From Planctomycetota bacterium (lineage in GTDB: Bacteria > Planctomycetota > UBA8108 > SXIK01), in the NCBI GenBank assembly GCA_965223265.1, contig OZ244999.1, positions 8,480,001-8,544,000 on the forward strand: DNA of 64,000 bases, written 5' to 3'. The notes under the pieces were generated by a model, which was not told the DNA's origin, searched no databases, and worked only from the letters and a program-made list of their open reading frames with translations. Both the position numbers and the translations under genes were made by a program. Positions 17,801-25,547 of this stretch are shown one piece after another; position 1 is the stretch's first letter, and each line of letters starts with the position of its first letter.

Positions 17801-20289
17801 TTGAGGGGGTCGTCGGTGGTGTCATCACGGCCCAGCCGCAAGGTGCGCTCAGTCACGTCGCGATCCGAACCGCCCGGCGTGGCACGCCAAACGCTTTCGT
17901 CGCGCAGGCGCTCACGGAACTCGAAGAGCATGAAGGCGAACTCGTGCGCCTGGAAGTGTTCGATACAGAATACGCTCTTGAACCAGCTACGGTGGAGGCA
18001 GCGGAGGATTTTTGGGCGCGGAATCGCCCAACGCTTTCAGTGGCTCCGACGCTAGATCTCGACTACCGCCGTCTCGACAGCTTTGATGAGATGGACACCG
18101 TCGCGACCGACAGCTATTCGCCGGTGGCGCGCTACGGCGGCAAGGCGACGAATCTGGCTCGACTGCAAACGTTTCTGACTGGCGAGTTCGCGCCGTACGG
18201 CGAGCGGGGATTTGCCATCCCAGTTGCACACTACTTTGACTTCATGCGCTCCAACGTGATCGACATCGACGGGCGAATACTGACGTACGCCGACTATGTT
18301 TTGGAGCTTCTCATGTCGCCAGAGATCCAGTCCGATCCAGCGCGACGCTTCGAGGCGCTCCAGGAATTTCGCTCGCGGGTTCGGGAGGAAGGTGTTGTCG
18401 ATCCGGCCCTGGTGCAGGAGCTGGCCGATCGCATCACGAGTGTTTTCGGTGATGCGACGACCATGGTGCGGTTTCGATCGTCGTCAAACGTTGAAGATTC
18501 ACTCGAGTTCAATGGCGCCGGGCTTTACGAGTCAACCTCGGTATGTGCAGCAGACACACTCGATACAGAGATTCAAAACGGTTCGCACTGCGACCCGTCT
18601 CGCGACAATGCACGCACGATCGAACGTGCCCTCAAAAAAGTCTGGTCGAGCTTGTGGACATTTAGAGCCCACGAAGAGCGCTCTTTCTTTCAGATAGATC
18701 CCGCTGTCGTCGGCATGGCGATCGTCGTCAATCGCGCGTTTCTCGACGAGTCGGCAAACGGCGTCGCGTTCACGGGCAACCCGCGTTCGGCAGCGGACCG
18801 TCGCTACCTCATCACCGCCCAGGTCGGCGAGGAAAGCGTCGTCAGTCCCGAGCCTGGAGTGACGGTCGAACGCGACCTGCTCGACGTGCGCGACGGGGAG
18901 GTCGTGCGCGTCATTCGTGATCGCAGCTCGTCTCTTCTAGAGCCGGGAGAGTCTGTGGTCAGTGACGAGAAACTCATGGAGCTCGGTCGTGTTTTGGCGC
19001 ATGTCGATGCTCGCTACGAGATCGACCCCGGCGAACACGATCCACTGAACATTCTTCTCGACTTTGAGTTCAAGATCGAACGCGACGATTCGTTGGCGAT
19101 CAAACAGGTTCGACCTTTCCTGATTCCCTCGACCGGGCCTGCCACGCCAACCTTCACGCTGGAGATTCCTTCCGGGACTACGGTGTGTGGCGTGTTTTCG
19201 AAAGAGCGCCCCGGGCGGTCGCCGCGCACGGAGCTGGAGAACAAGAGCATCGTGCGCTTTCTCCCCGGAGAGTTTCTTTTGCCGACCGTGAGTGACGTGT
19301 TTTCTATGAACTGGATCGACGAAGTCGTCTTTGGTCCCGAACAGCTCGTCGGATCACCGGCCACCGACGGTGTCGTACGGATGATCCGTGTTGCCGACGC
19401 CGGGGGACAGACGATCTATCGTTTCAATTACGAGCAGACATTCGATCTGCCGACGGGCGCGCAGTTGGGTGTCCAAGTCGTCGGTGTCAGTTTCCGCGGT
19501 CGCGGCTCCGAGGCCATCGATGAGCGTCGGGTTTTGAATGAGGACTACGTGACGTTCGAACTCGTGATGCCGGCGGACCTCGACGGTATCACGAGGTTGA
19601 ACTATGGATCATGCTCGCATCGACTTCTGCCGCAGTTCGAAATCAACGTGACGACAGATGATGGTTCCAGCTTCCGCGTCTACGAGCGTTTTCTCGAGGC
19701 GCTGAGCGATTTCGACACTGGTCCTGCGAGTGTCCAGCGTGCGGAGATCACGATCGGTGCCACCCAGCAGATTGTCGATGACTATTGGCGTCTCGTTTAC
19801 GCAGCGCGGCGCCACAACCTTGACGCAACCTATTGGGTGCTGCTGGATCCTGAGATCGTCGTCGCTGGGATCGAGCAGCCTATCGCGGTCGTCCAAATCG
19901 AAGCGCCGGAGCCACCGGAGAGGCCTGATCCGGCCGTCAGTTTTCTCAGTCGCGACCTCGAGGTGATCGCGCGACCCGGCGTCACGAGTTTTGAGAAGAC
20001 CAGGGTTGTCGCAGTCGATACCTTTGTCCGCGGTGACGCCAACGTCAGCGGCGAGGTCGATATTGCCGATGCGATTGGCATTCTTCGGTATCTCTTTCGT
20101 GGTGAGACGTCGGTGACGTGCGTGAAGGCAGCTGACGCCAACGATGACGGCAAGATCAACGTGTCAGACCCCATCGCCATTGTGCTGCGACTGGTTGCAG
20201 GCCGCGCACCACTTCCCGAGCCGACTTCCTGCGGTGCAGATCCGACTCCGGACGCACTGCTTTGCGACCTGCCCGCGACGTGTCCTTGA
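14842..20289 (+). CDS. Secreted FG-GAP (14 repeats) + phospho-His + PEP/pyruvate-binding ATP-grasp + dockerin protein
   Basis: Signal peptide; DCNGNG..DECE Ca-binding repeat; 14 DxDxDGxxD repeats; ALSHVAIRTARRGTP; YGGKATNL; RFRSSSNVED..AGLYES; KKVWSSLW; ANGVAFT; DFEFK..KQVRP; FVRGDAN..ADANDDGKINVSD dockerin. Confidence 0.88.
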   Translation: MRVGLVRSAAREDDACPPGSRPWRQWTLLGCLLLAAATFATADAGDCNGNGIEDVDDIAAAVSEDCNLNELPDECETVPLPFRGQTRVETPSQVHAIVTADFDADGNQDIAVGYANGLSIALDAVNSASGEISFLDYRFEARSQVWRAGDVDADGDIDLVTVGANRLLIALNDGTGGFGEMQSVLSPDHGLLELAVGDVDSDGRADLAVSNRSSPRVSIVFSRADGTFSDFHHLEVGRNPAAVELTDIDTDGDLDLLVVNRDDDEVSLLLGDGRGEFEPQRRFVVPDRPEEIAMGDLNSDGLVDAVLRHRSAVSVLMNTGSGFDAARSLLFPREFPTSIAAGDVDGDGDIDIVAGFRNPNGSAVFLNRGGGEFNTAVAFPIGLEGTATSTALADIDADGDTDFLQGHVAIPALTIVTNSDASRLIELSFPATIPAQGEPHTAALGDIDGDGDLDFVSGNNNDGDISVLTNPGDGRFVFHSQPLTGASYFSMVLADIDLDGDLDIASSDTRRGSVYAMKNDGGGVFTPSFSVEIGGNPFHLGAADFDLDGDIDLVTCDRSRGFVTPLFNDGSGTFEPQPFAPAGNVPLAVATADFDLDGDVDVATANNGSRDVAVLMNHGDGTFETRVTYPLVARPTFVVAADFDGDGHVDLATANEQSQNVTLFWNQRDGGFQPGGVFGVALPPYSMIASDLDADGFAELVAVSERTSSISVLVNGGDRSFSLSTKHRVGGGPRFAVAGDIDADGTNDIIAANRVGETLTVFHNATRSGPEYLESMCTERDFVTVSVPTGEGTRDGKYVVPARVDPTLLPPLFQNVSRFLLHEDFLSKAFRERFPTLEGDIEQYNQLTGRRGSRDYYVGVLRRMREAPNARYVFTVVADTGFDPREVLNLEEVTWVYNSLMSAFDIAPLEYWPDTELARREAEAWTNAPFSIFFGELGGGFRYEAYTTGTGYGRVRLLTLEEFEAANQTGLFTFQDIVVIEQAPRDIEGVVGGVITAQPQGALSHVAIRTARRGTPNAFVAQALTELEEHEGELVRLEVFDTEYALEPATVEAAEDFWARNRPTLSVAPTLDLDYRRLDSFDEMDTVATDSYSPVARYGGKATNLARLQTFLTGEFAPYGERGFAIPVAHYFDFMRSNVIDIDGRILTYADYVLELLMSPEIQSDPARRFEALQEFRSRVREEGVVDPALVQELADRITSVFGDATTMVRFRSSSNVEDSLEFNGAGLYESTSVCAADTLDTEIQNGSHCDPSRDNARTIERALKKVWSSLWTFRAHEERSFFQIDPAVVGMAIVVNRAFLDESANGVAFTGNPRSAADRRYLITAQVGEESVVSPEPGVTVERDLLDVRDGEVVRVIRDRSSSLLEPGESVVSDEKLMELGRVLAHVDARYEIDPGEHDPLNILLDFEFKIERDDSLAIKQVRPFLIPSTGPATPTFTLEIPSGTTVCGVFSKERPGRSPRTELENKSIVRFLPGEFLLPTVSDVFSMNWIDEVVFGPEQLVGSPATDGVVRMIRVADAGGQTIYRFNYEQTFDLPTGAQLGVQVVGVSFRGRGSEAIDERRVLNEDYVTFELVMPADLDGITRLNYGSCSHRLLPQFEINVTTDDGSSFRVYERFLEALSDFDTGPASVQRAEITIGATQQIVDDYWRLVYAARRHNLDATYWVLLDPEIVVAGIEQPIAVVQIEAPEPPERPDPAVSFLSRDLEVIARPGVTSFEKTRVVAVDTFVRGDANVSGEVDIADAIGILRYLFRGETSVTCVKAADANDDGKINVSDPIAIVLRLVAGRAPLPEPTSCGADPTPDALLCDLPATCP

Positions 20290-20413
20290 CGGCTCTGTTG
20301 AGCGTGCAGCGCTCGCGAAGAAGTGTTTGCTGCTGCTGCGTTGGCTGGTTACCGTGGTGGCCGCTGAGCGGGTCGGATCGAAGTCTTCTGCAGGCGCTAG
20401 GTTGGAGTGATTC

Positions 20414-21175
20414 GTGAGTCGATTGCAGCATCGAGTGGCCGTCGTGACCGGCGGCGGTCGCGGTATCGGACGGGCGACCGCGGCGCTGTTTTTGCGCGAA
20501 GGCGCCTGCGTCGACGTCTGGGAGGTGTCACCGCGCGGCGCAGATCGAGTGCGAGAGCAGCTGCGAGAGGAGCTGGGCTCGACAGCGGGGGAACGCCTCC
20601 ACGTCGAACTCGTCGATGTTGCCGATCCATCGGAGGTCGAGACGGCGCTGCAATCCACACAATCGCGGCGCGGCGGGCTTGATATCCTGGTCAACAACGC
20701 CGGAATCATCGCCGATGGATTTGCCACCGATTTGACGCTCGAAGATTGGGAGCGCGTCCTGCGCGTCAATCTCACGGGAACGTTTCTTTGCTCCCAGGCG
20801 GCGATACCGCTTCTACGCGCGCGCGGCGGCGGCTCGATCATCAACACTTCGTCGATTTCCGCTCTCGGCAACAAAGGCCAGGTCAACTATTCGGCGTCAA
20901 AGGCCGGCGTTGTCGGGCTGACGCGAACTCTTGCGAAGGAGCTGGCGCGTGATGCGATTCGCGTCAATGCTGTCGCACCGGGGGTCATTGACACAGAGAT
21001 GTTCGCACTCGTCCCCGAGAAAGTTCGCAGCAAATTCCTGGCACGAGTGCCGCTTGGGCGGCTCGGTGAGCCGCTCGACATTGCTCGCTTACACCTCTTT
21101 CTCGCGAGCGACGACTCCGCCTACATCACCGGACAGACGATTTTCTGCGACGGCGGCGTGTCTCTCGGCGAATGA
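20414..21175 (+). CDS. FabG-like SDR (3-oxoacyl-ACP reductase family)
   Basis: TGGGRGIG, NNAG, GQVNYSASKAG, NAVAPGVIDTEM. Confidence 0.9.
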   Translation: MSRLQHRVAVVTGGGRGIGRATAALFLREGACVDVWEVSPRGADRVREQLREELGSTAGERLHVELVDVADPSEVETALQSTQSRRGGLDILVNNAGIIADGFATDLTLEDWERVLRVNLTGTFLCSQAAIPLLRARGGGSIINTSSISALGNKGQVNYSASKAGVVGLTRTLAKELARDAIRVNAVAPGVIDTEMFALVPEKVRSKFLARVPLGRLGEPLDIARLHLFLASDDSAYITGQTIFCDGGVSLGE

Positions 21176-21204
21176 GGCAAGGGCGTGCGGTGCGGCGCGT
21201 TGTG

Positions 21205-21326
21205 CTAACAGCCCGCTGAAAGTCACTCGGCCGAAGAAACCGGCCACTTCACGCCCAGACGGGCCGCGTCAATACTCGAAAACCCCGAAGATTCGGCTCG
21301 AAGCACCTTTTCAGGCAGGCTGTTAA
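21205..21326. mobile_element. MITE-like element (~120 bp) with terminal inverted repeats
   Basis: CTAA-CAGCCCGCTGAAA ... TTTTCAGGCAGGCTG-TTAA; the interior matches copies at 38024 and 45052. Confidence 0.75.
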
Positions 21327-21511
21327 CGACGCGCTGGCTCTGGCTGGAACGCCTGCATCGCTGGAATCACCCGCCCGCCGCGCAGAAAGAGTACCTCCTG
21401 CGAGAGGATCTGCTCAATCCTTTCCACCGCTGAAAGCGACAGCCACGTCTCCTTCTCGAGGGTGCGAATACTGCCGCGCTCAACGACTTGCACTTGATCG
21501 AAGTCGTACAT
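21323..21511 (-). CDS. Small hypothetical protein (62 aa)
   Basis: Strong RBS AAAGGAGGT before ATG; MYDFDQVQVVERGSIRTLEKETWLSLSAVERIEQILSQEVLFLRGG has a globular-looking composition. Confidence 0.65.
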   Translation of the reverse strand: MYDFDQVQVVERGSIRTLEKETWLSLSAVERIEQILSQEVLFLRGGRVIPAMQAFQPEPARR

Positions 21512-21812
21512 AGTGCCTACCTCCTTTCCGGCCGTCCGGACCATTCTCTACTCGAGGTGTGCAAGGGACATGCCGAAGGCTTGATTCTCGAGCGTCCATA
21601 ACTAAGTCGTTGTCACGAAACGGATAAAGGGTGCGTGAGGACAAACACCCGCGACCTGCCGCCCAACGCATGGAGTCCACCTGGTGGACAGACGCTATGG
21701 ATCTGAGCGGTCGCTGGACGTCGGCGAGCGGACGTTACCTTCAGTTCTTGTCCCTCCTGTGGCAAGCTCATAGGTTGGGTTTCATTGGACACATTGAGAG
21801 CGAGAGATTTGC

Positions 21813-23285
21813 ATGGGTGAGAAGGCACGCGTCCTGGGTGAGCTCGATCGCGGGCGCTACGAACCAAGATCGGTGCGCGAGGAAGTGCGCGCCAACTTGA
21901 TCTCTAAGCTGCGCGCGGGGGAGGCGCTGTTTCCGGGCATCGTCGGATTCGACGAGACAGTGATTCCACAGATCGTGAACGCCCTCTTGGCGCGTCACGA
22001 CATCATTTTTCTCGGCTTGCGCGGCCAGGCGAAGACGCGGATGGCCCGCCAGATCGTCGACCTCATGGACGAGGAAGCCCCCGTCATCGCTGGGTCGCCC
22101 CTGCGGGAGCACCCGCTGGCGCCGGTAACCGAGGTGTCCCGGCGTCTCGTTGCCGAGGCCGGCGGCGACCTGCCCATCGAATGGCTGCCTCGCGAGGAGC
22201 GCTACGGTGAGAAGCTGGCGACCCCCGATGTCACTATGGCCGACTTGATCGGTGACATCGATCCGCTCAAGGCCTCTCACCTCAAGCTTGATCTCGCTGA
22301 TCCTGCCGTGATTCATTTCGGCATCATCCCTCGGACCAACCGGGGCGTCTTCGCGATCAACGAGCTGCCGGACCTGGCTCCGCGCATTCAGGTGGGACTC
22401 CTCAATTTGCTCGAGGAGCGCGATTTTCAGATCCGTGGCTTTCCGATCCGCATCCCACTCGATGTCCTCATGGTGTTCACCGCCAACCCGGAGGACTACA
22501 CCAACCGCGGCAGTATCATCACGCCGCTCAAGGACCGGATCGCGTCGCAGATTCTCACGCACTACCCGCGCTCCGTAGCCGATTCGCGACGAATCACAGA
22601 GGCTGAGGCGTGGCTCGATCGAGGTGAGGCGTGTCCGCCAGTGGAGCTGCCTGATTTTGTTGCCGAGCTGATCGAGGAGATCGCCTTTCGTGGCCGGGAG
22701 TCGGAGTACGTCGACCAGACCTCCGGTGTCAGTGCCCGACTTTCCATTGCGGCTCGAGAGTTGCTCGTGAGCCAAGTCGAGCGCCGTTTGTTGATGCTGC
22801 CTGGAAGTGCACCGTTCCCGCGCCTCGTCGATCTCAGCCAACTCGTCCCAGCCGTCACCGGCAAGGTTGAACTGGTCTATGAGGGCGAGCAGGAAGGCGC
22901 TTTGAAAGTCGTCCGGCACCTCGTGGGAAATGCGTGTCGTGCCGTGTTTGATCGCCACTTTCCCGACATCATCAAGGAAGGCAGCGAGCCTCAGCTCAAA
23001 AGCGATCGATACAAGCCGGTGCTCGATTGGTTCGCCCAGGGAAACCAGTTGGAACTGTCGGATGGGATGTCCGACGACGAGTACGCGCAGGCCCTGAACG
23101 CCGTTCCTGGACTGTCTGCACTTGCCAAGAGTTTCCTTCCCGTCTCGAACCCTGCCGCCCACCGTGCGGTGATGGAGCTGGTGCTTGAAGGGCTGCACCA
23201 GCACTCATTACTCGCCAAAGAAGACGCGACCACGGGAGTTTCATACTCCGATATGCTCGGCATCATGCTTGAGGGTTTGAAGTGA
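21813..23285 (+). CDS. Mg-chelatase ChlI-like AAA+ ATPase
   Basis: GLRGQAKT Walker A variant, ADLIGDIDP, INELPDL, FTANPEDYTNRG. Confidence 0.88.
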   Translation: MGEKARVLGELDRGRYEPRSVREEVRANLISKLRAGEALFPGIVGFDETVIPQIVNALLARHDIIFLGLRGQAKTRMARQIVDLMDEEAPVIAGSPLREHPLAPVTEVSRRLVAEAGGDLPIEWLPREERYGEKLATPDVTMADLIGDIDPLKASHLKLDLADPAVIHFGIIPRTNRGVFAINELPDLAPRIQVGLLNLLEERDFQIRGFPIRIPLDVLMVFTANPEDYTNRGSIITPLKDRIASQILTHYPRSVADSRRITEAEAWLDRGEACPPVELPDFVAELIEEIAFRGRESEYVDQTSGVSARLSIAARELLVSQVERRLLMLPGSAPFPRLVDLSQLVPAVTGKVELVYEGEQEGALKVVRHLVGNACRAVFDRHFPDIIKEGSEPQLKSDRYKPVLDWFAQGNQLELSDGMSDDEYAQALNAVPGLSALAKSFLPVSNPAAHRAVMELVLEGLHQHSLLAKEDATTGVSYSDMLGIMLEGLK

Positions 23286-23322
23286 TGGCCCGAAACGTCG
23301 AAGCGTTCGCCGCGAGGTAGCC

Positions 23323-24414
23323 ATGAGAATCCGCTATCTCGACTGGAAGAGCGCTCGAGGTCACTTGGGCGAGCGGCTTAGGTTTCTAGAGAAGCTGTTT
23401 GCGTATTTACTCGTGCGCGAGGACGGTGACGTCGACCGCGCTCTCGAGCTGCTCGAGCATCTCGGTGAACGACACGACCTGTTCGATGACGAGCTGAGCT
23501 TTGAAGATTTCAAGAAACATCTGGAGTCTCGCAAGGTCGTGGCGCAGACCCCGACGGGGTTCTCGCTGACGCCGCGTGGTGAACGTTTCGTGCGCGCCGG
23601 TTCGCTCGCTCAGATTTTCTCGAATCTGAAGCCAGGGCGGGGTGGGCAGCATCGTACGCCCCACTCCGGGCGAGGTACCGAGCGACTTTCCGAGACACGA
23701 CCTTATCGATTCGGCGACGACCCTGAAGACATCGATTTTGTTCGTTCCTACAGAAACGCACTCGAGCGCGACGCTGCCACCGATCTGACGCTACGTGAGG
23801 AAGACCTTGAAGTGTACGAAACGGAGCGTCACGTTTCCGTCGCGACGTGTCTACTCCTCGACGTGAGTCACAGTATGATTCTTTATGGCGAAGACCGCAT
23901 CACACCCGCGAAGCGGGTCGCCCTGGCGTTGGCCGAATTGATCCTGACGCGTTTTCCGAAGGACGCGTTGCACGTGATCTTGTTTGGTGACGATGCACGT
24001 GAGATTTCGATCCGGGACCTAACGTACGCGGGTGTCGGGCCGTATCACACCAACACTCACGCCGCGCTGCGGCTCGCGCGCCGCATCTTGCAGCGAAAGA
24101 AACACGCGAACAAACAGATTTTCATGATCACCGACGGCAAGCCGTCGGCGCTGTTCGAAGGGAATGAACTCTATCTAAACTCGTTTGGCCTCGACCGCAA
24201 GATCGTCAACAAGACGCTCGACGAGGCGGCGGAGTGCCGGCGCTATGGCATTCCGATCACGACCTTCATGATCGCGAGCGACCCCTACCTGATGCAGTTT
24301 GTCGAAAATCTTACCGAGATCAACCGCGGCCGAGCGTTCTTCTCGGCGCTTGGTGATCTTGAGCACATGGTGTTCAAGGATTTCATCAACAACCGTCAGC
24401 GCCGAGTCCGTTGA
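23323..24414 (+). CDS. VWA-domain protein, partner of the upstream ATPase
   Basis: MIDAS motif DVSHSM, HTNT, MITDGKP. Confidence 0.88.
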   Translation: MRIRYLDWKSARGHLGERLRFLEKLFAYLLVREDGDVDRALELLEHLGERHDLFDDELSFEDFKKHLESRKVVAQTPTGFSLTPRGERFVRAGSLAQIFSNLKPGRGGQHRTPHSGRGTERLSETRPYRFGDDPEDIDFVRSYRNALERDAATDLTLREEDLEVYETERHVSVATCLLLDVSHSMILYGEDRITPAKRVALALAELILTRFPKDALHVILFGDDAREISIRDLTYAGVGPYHTNTHAALRLARRILQRKKHANKQIFMITDGKPSALFEGNELYLNSFGLDRKIVNKTLDEAAECRRYGIPITTFMIASDPYLMQFVENLTEINRGRAFFSALGDLEHMVFKDFINNRQRRVR

Positions 24415-24821
24415 GTGCTGTCGTCGACTACCGCATCCTGCTCCTGGCCCAGCAGCGACAGATCGTCCTGAATCGGGGAGAGATGTGCCCGCGCTCGAGG
24501 CGATGGATCGGAGCAGGCTCTTGCCATCGGGGAGACATTGCGTAAGATCCGGGGCAAGAGGGGGCCGGCTCGTTACCGGCTTCGAGTCCATCCCTAAAGC
24601 TTGCAAACGAATGACAGCCGGCGATTCTGCCCGTCATTTTTGTAGGCGTTGGGGGTTATCAGGGTGGTGAGGACGAGTGGTTGCATGAACGGTTCGTCGG
24701 CGGCCTGACGGCGGTGGGCCGGCGAAACGGGTTTCCGATGGTGTGCCCCGTGCCGCATCGCGGAGACGTGTGACCGCTTGAAACCGCTCCGAGACGCCGC
24801 CGACCACCGAAGGCAGGGAAC

Positions 24822-25460
24822 ATGAAAACCTATCTCACGGAGTTCATCGGAACGTTCTTTCTCGTTTTGACTATCGGGCTCGCCGTTCTCAGCGGCACCG
24901 ACATGGCGCCGATCGCCATCGGCGGCGTGCTCATGGTCATGATCTACATGGGCGGGCACATCTCCGGCGCGCACTATAACCCAGCGGTGACGCTCGCCGT
25001 ATTCATACGCGGCAAGTGTGCTGCGAAAGACATCGTGCCGTACATCATCGCACAGGTTGTGGGGGCGTTCGCGGCGTCCTGCGTCGTCTACGTGATTCAT
25101 GGGAAGACGTTCGCTGGCCCGGCTCCAGGTGCCGGCGTCAGCGCCGGCACCGCGGTGCTTGCAGAGGTACTCTTCACCTTCGCGCTGGCGCTGGTCATCC
25201 TGAACGTTGCTACGAGCAAGCGCACCGAGGGGAATTCGTTCTATGGCCTTGCCATCGGTTTCACCGTTTTGGCGGGCGCCTTCTCAGTCGGCGGCATATC
25301 CGGTGGGGCTTTTAACCCAGCGGTTGGTATCGGCCCGATCCTCGCTCACGTAATGTTTGGGGAAGGAGGGACGCTTGGGAATCTGTGGATCTATATCGTC
25401 GGCCCCTGCGTTGGTGCTGTGATCGCGGCGATTGTGTTCAAGATTCAGGAAGCAGACTGA
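24822..25460 (+). CDS. Aquaporin / MIP family channel
   Basis: EFIGTF, SGAHYNPAVT, GGAFNPAVG. Confidence 0.95.
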   Translation: MKTYLTEFIGTFFLVLTIGLAVLSGTDMAPIAIGGVLMVMIYMGGHISGAHYNPAVTLAVFIRGKCAAKDIVPYIIAQVVGAFAASCVVYVIHGKTFAGPAPGAGVSAGTAVLAEVLFTFALALVILNVATSKRTEGNSFYGLAIGFTVLAGAFSVGGISGGAFNPAVGIGPILAHVMFGEGGTLGNLWIYIVGPCVGAVIAAIVFKIQEAD

Positions 25461-25547
25461 CTTCGCGCGGGGCCACATCGCGTCCGTTTTACGGACACGA
25501 AGTGGCCCCACGTGTGATGACACGCCATCGCGGCGACGGGAGGAGTC

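Noticed and set aside
21768-23204. Long antisense ORFs (also 42105-43244, 13767-14786, 48307-49356, 25863-26915)
   Set aside because: Shadow frames of well-supported genes in GC-rich DNA, with no motifs of their own.
21813-24414. Chlorophyll or cobalamin chelatase
   Set aside because: No chelatase H/N subunit; the GLRGQAKT ATPase + VWA pair is a widespread family in non-phototrophs.
24570-24600. tRNA suggested by a TTCGAGTCC T-loop-like motif
   Set aside because: No cloverleaf, acceptor stem or D-arm can be built.
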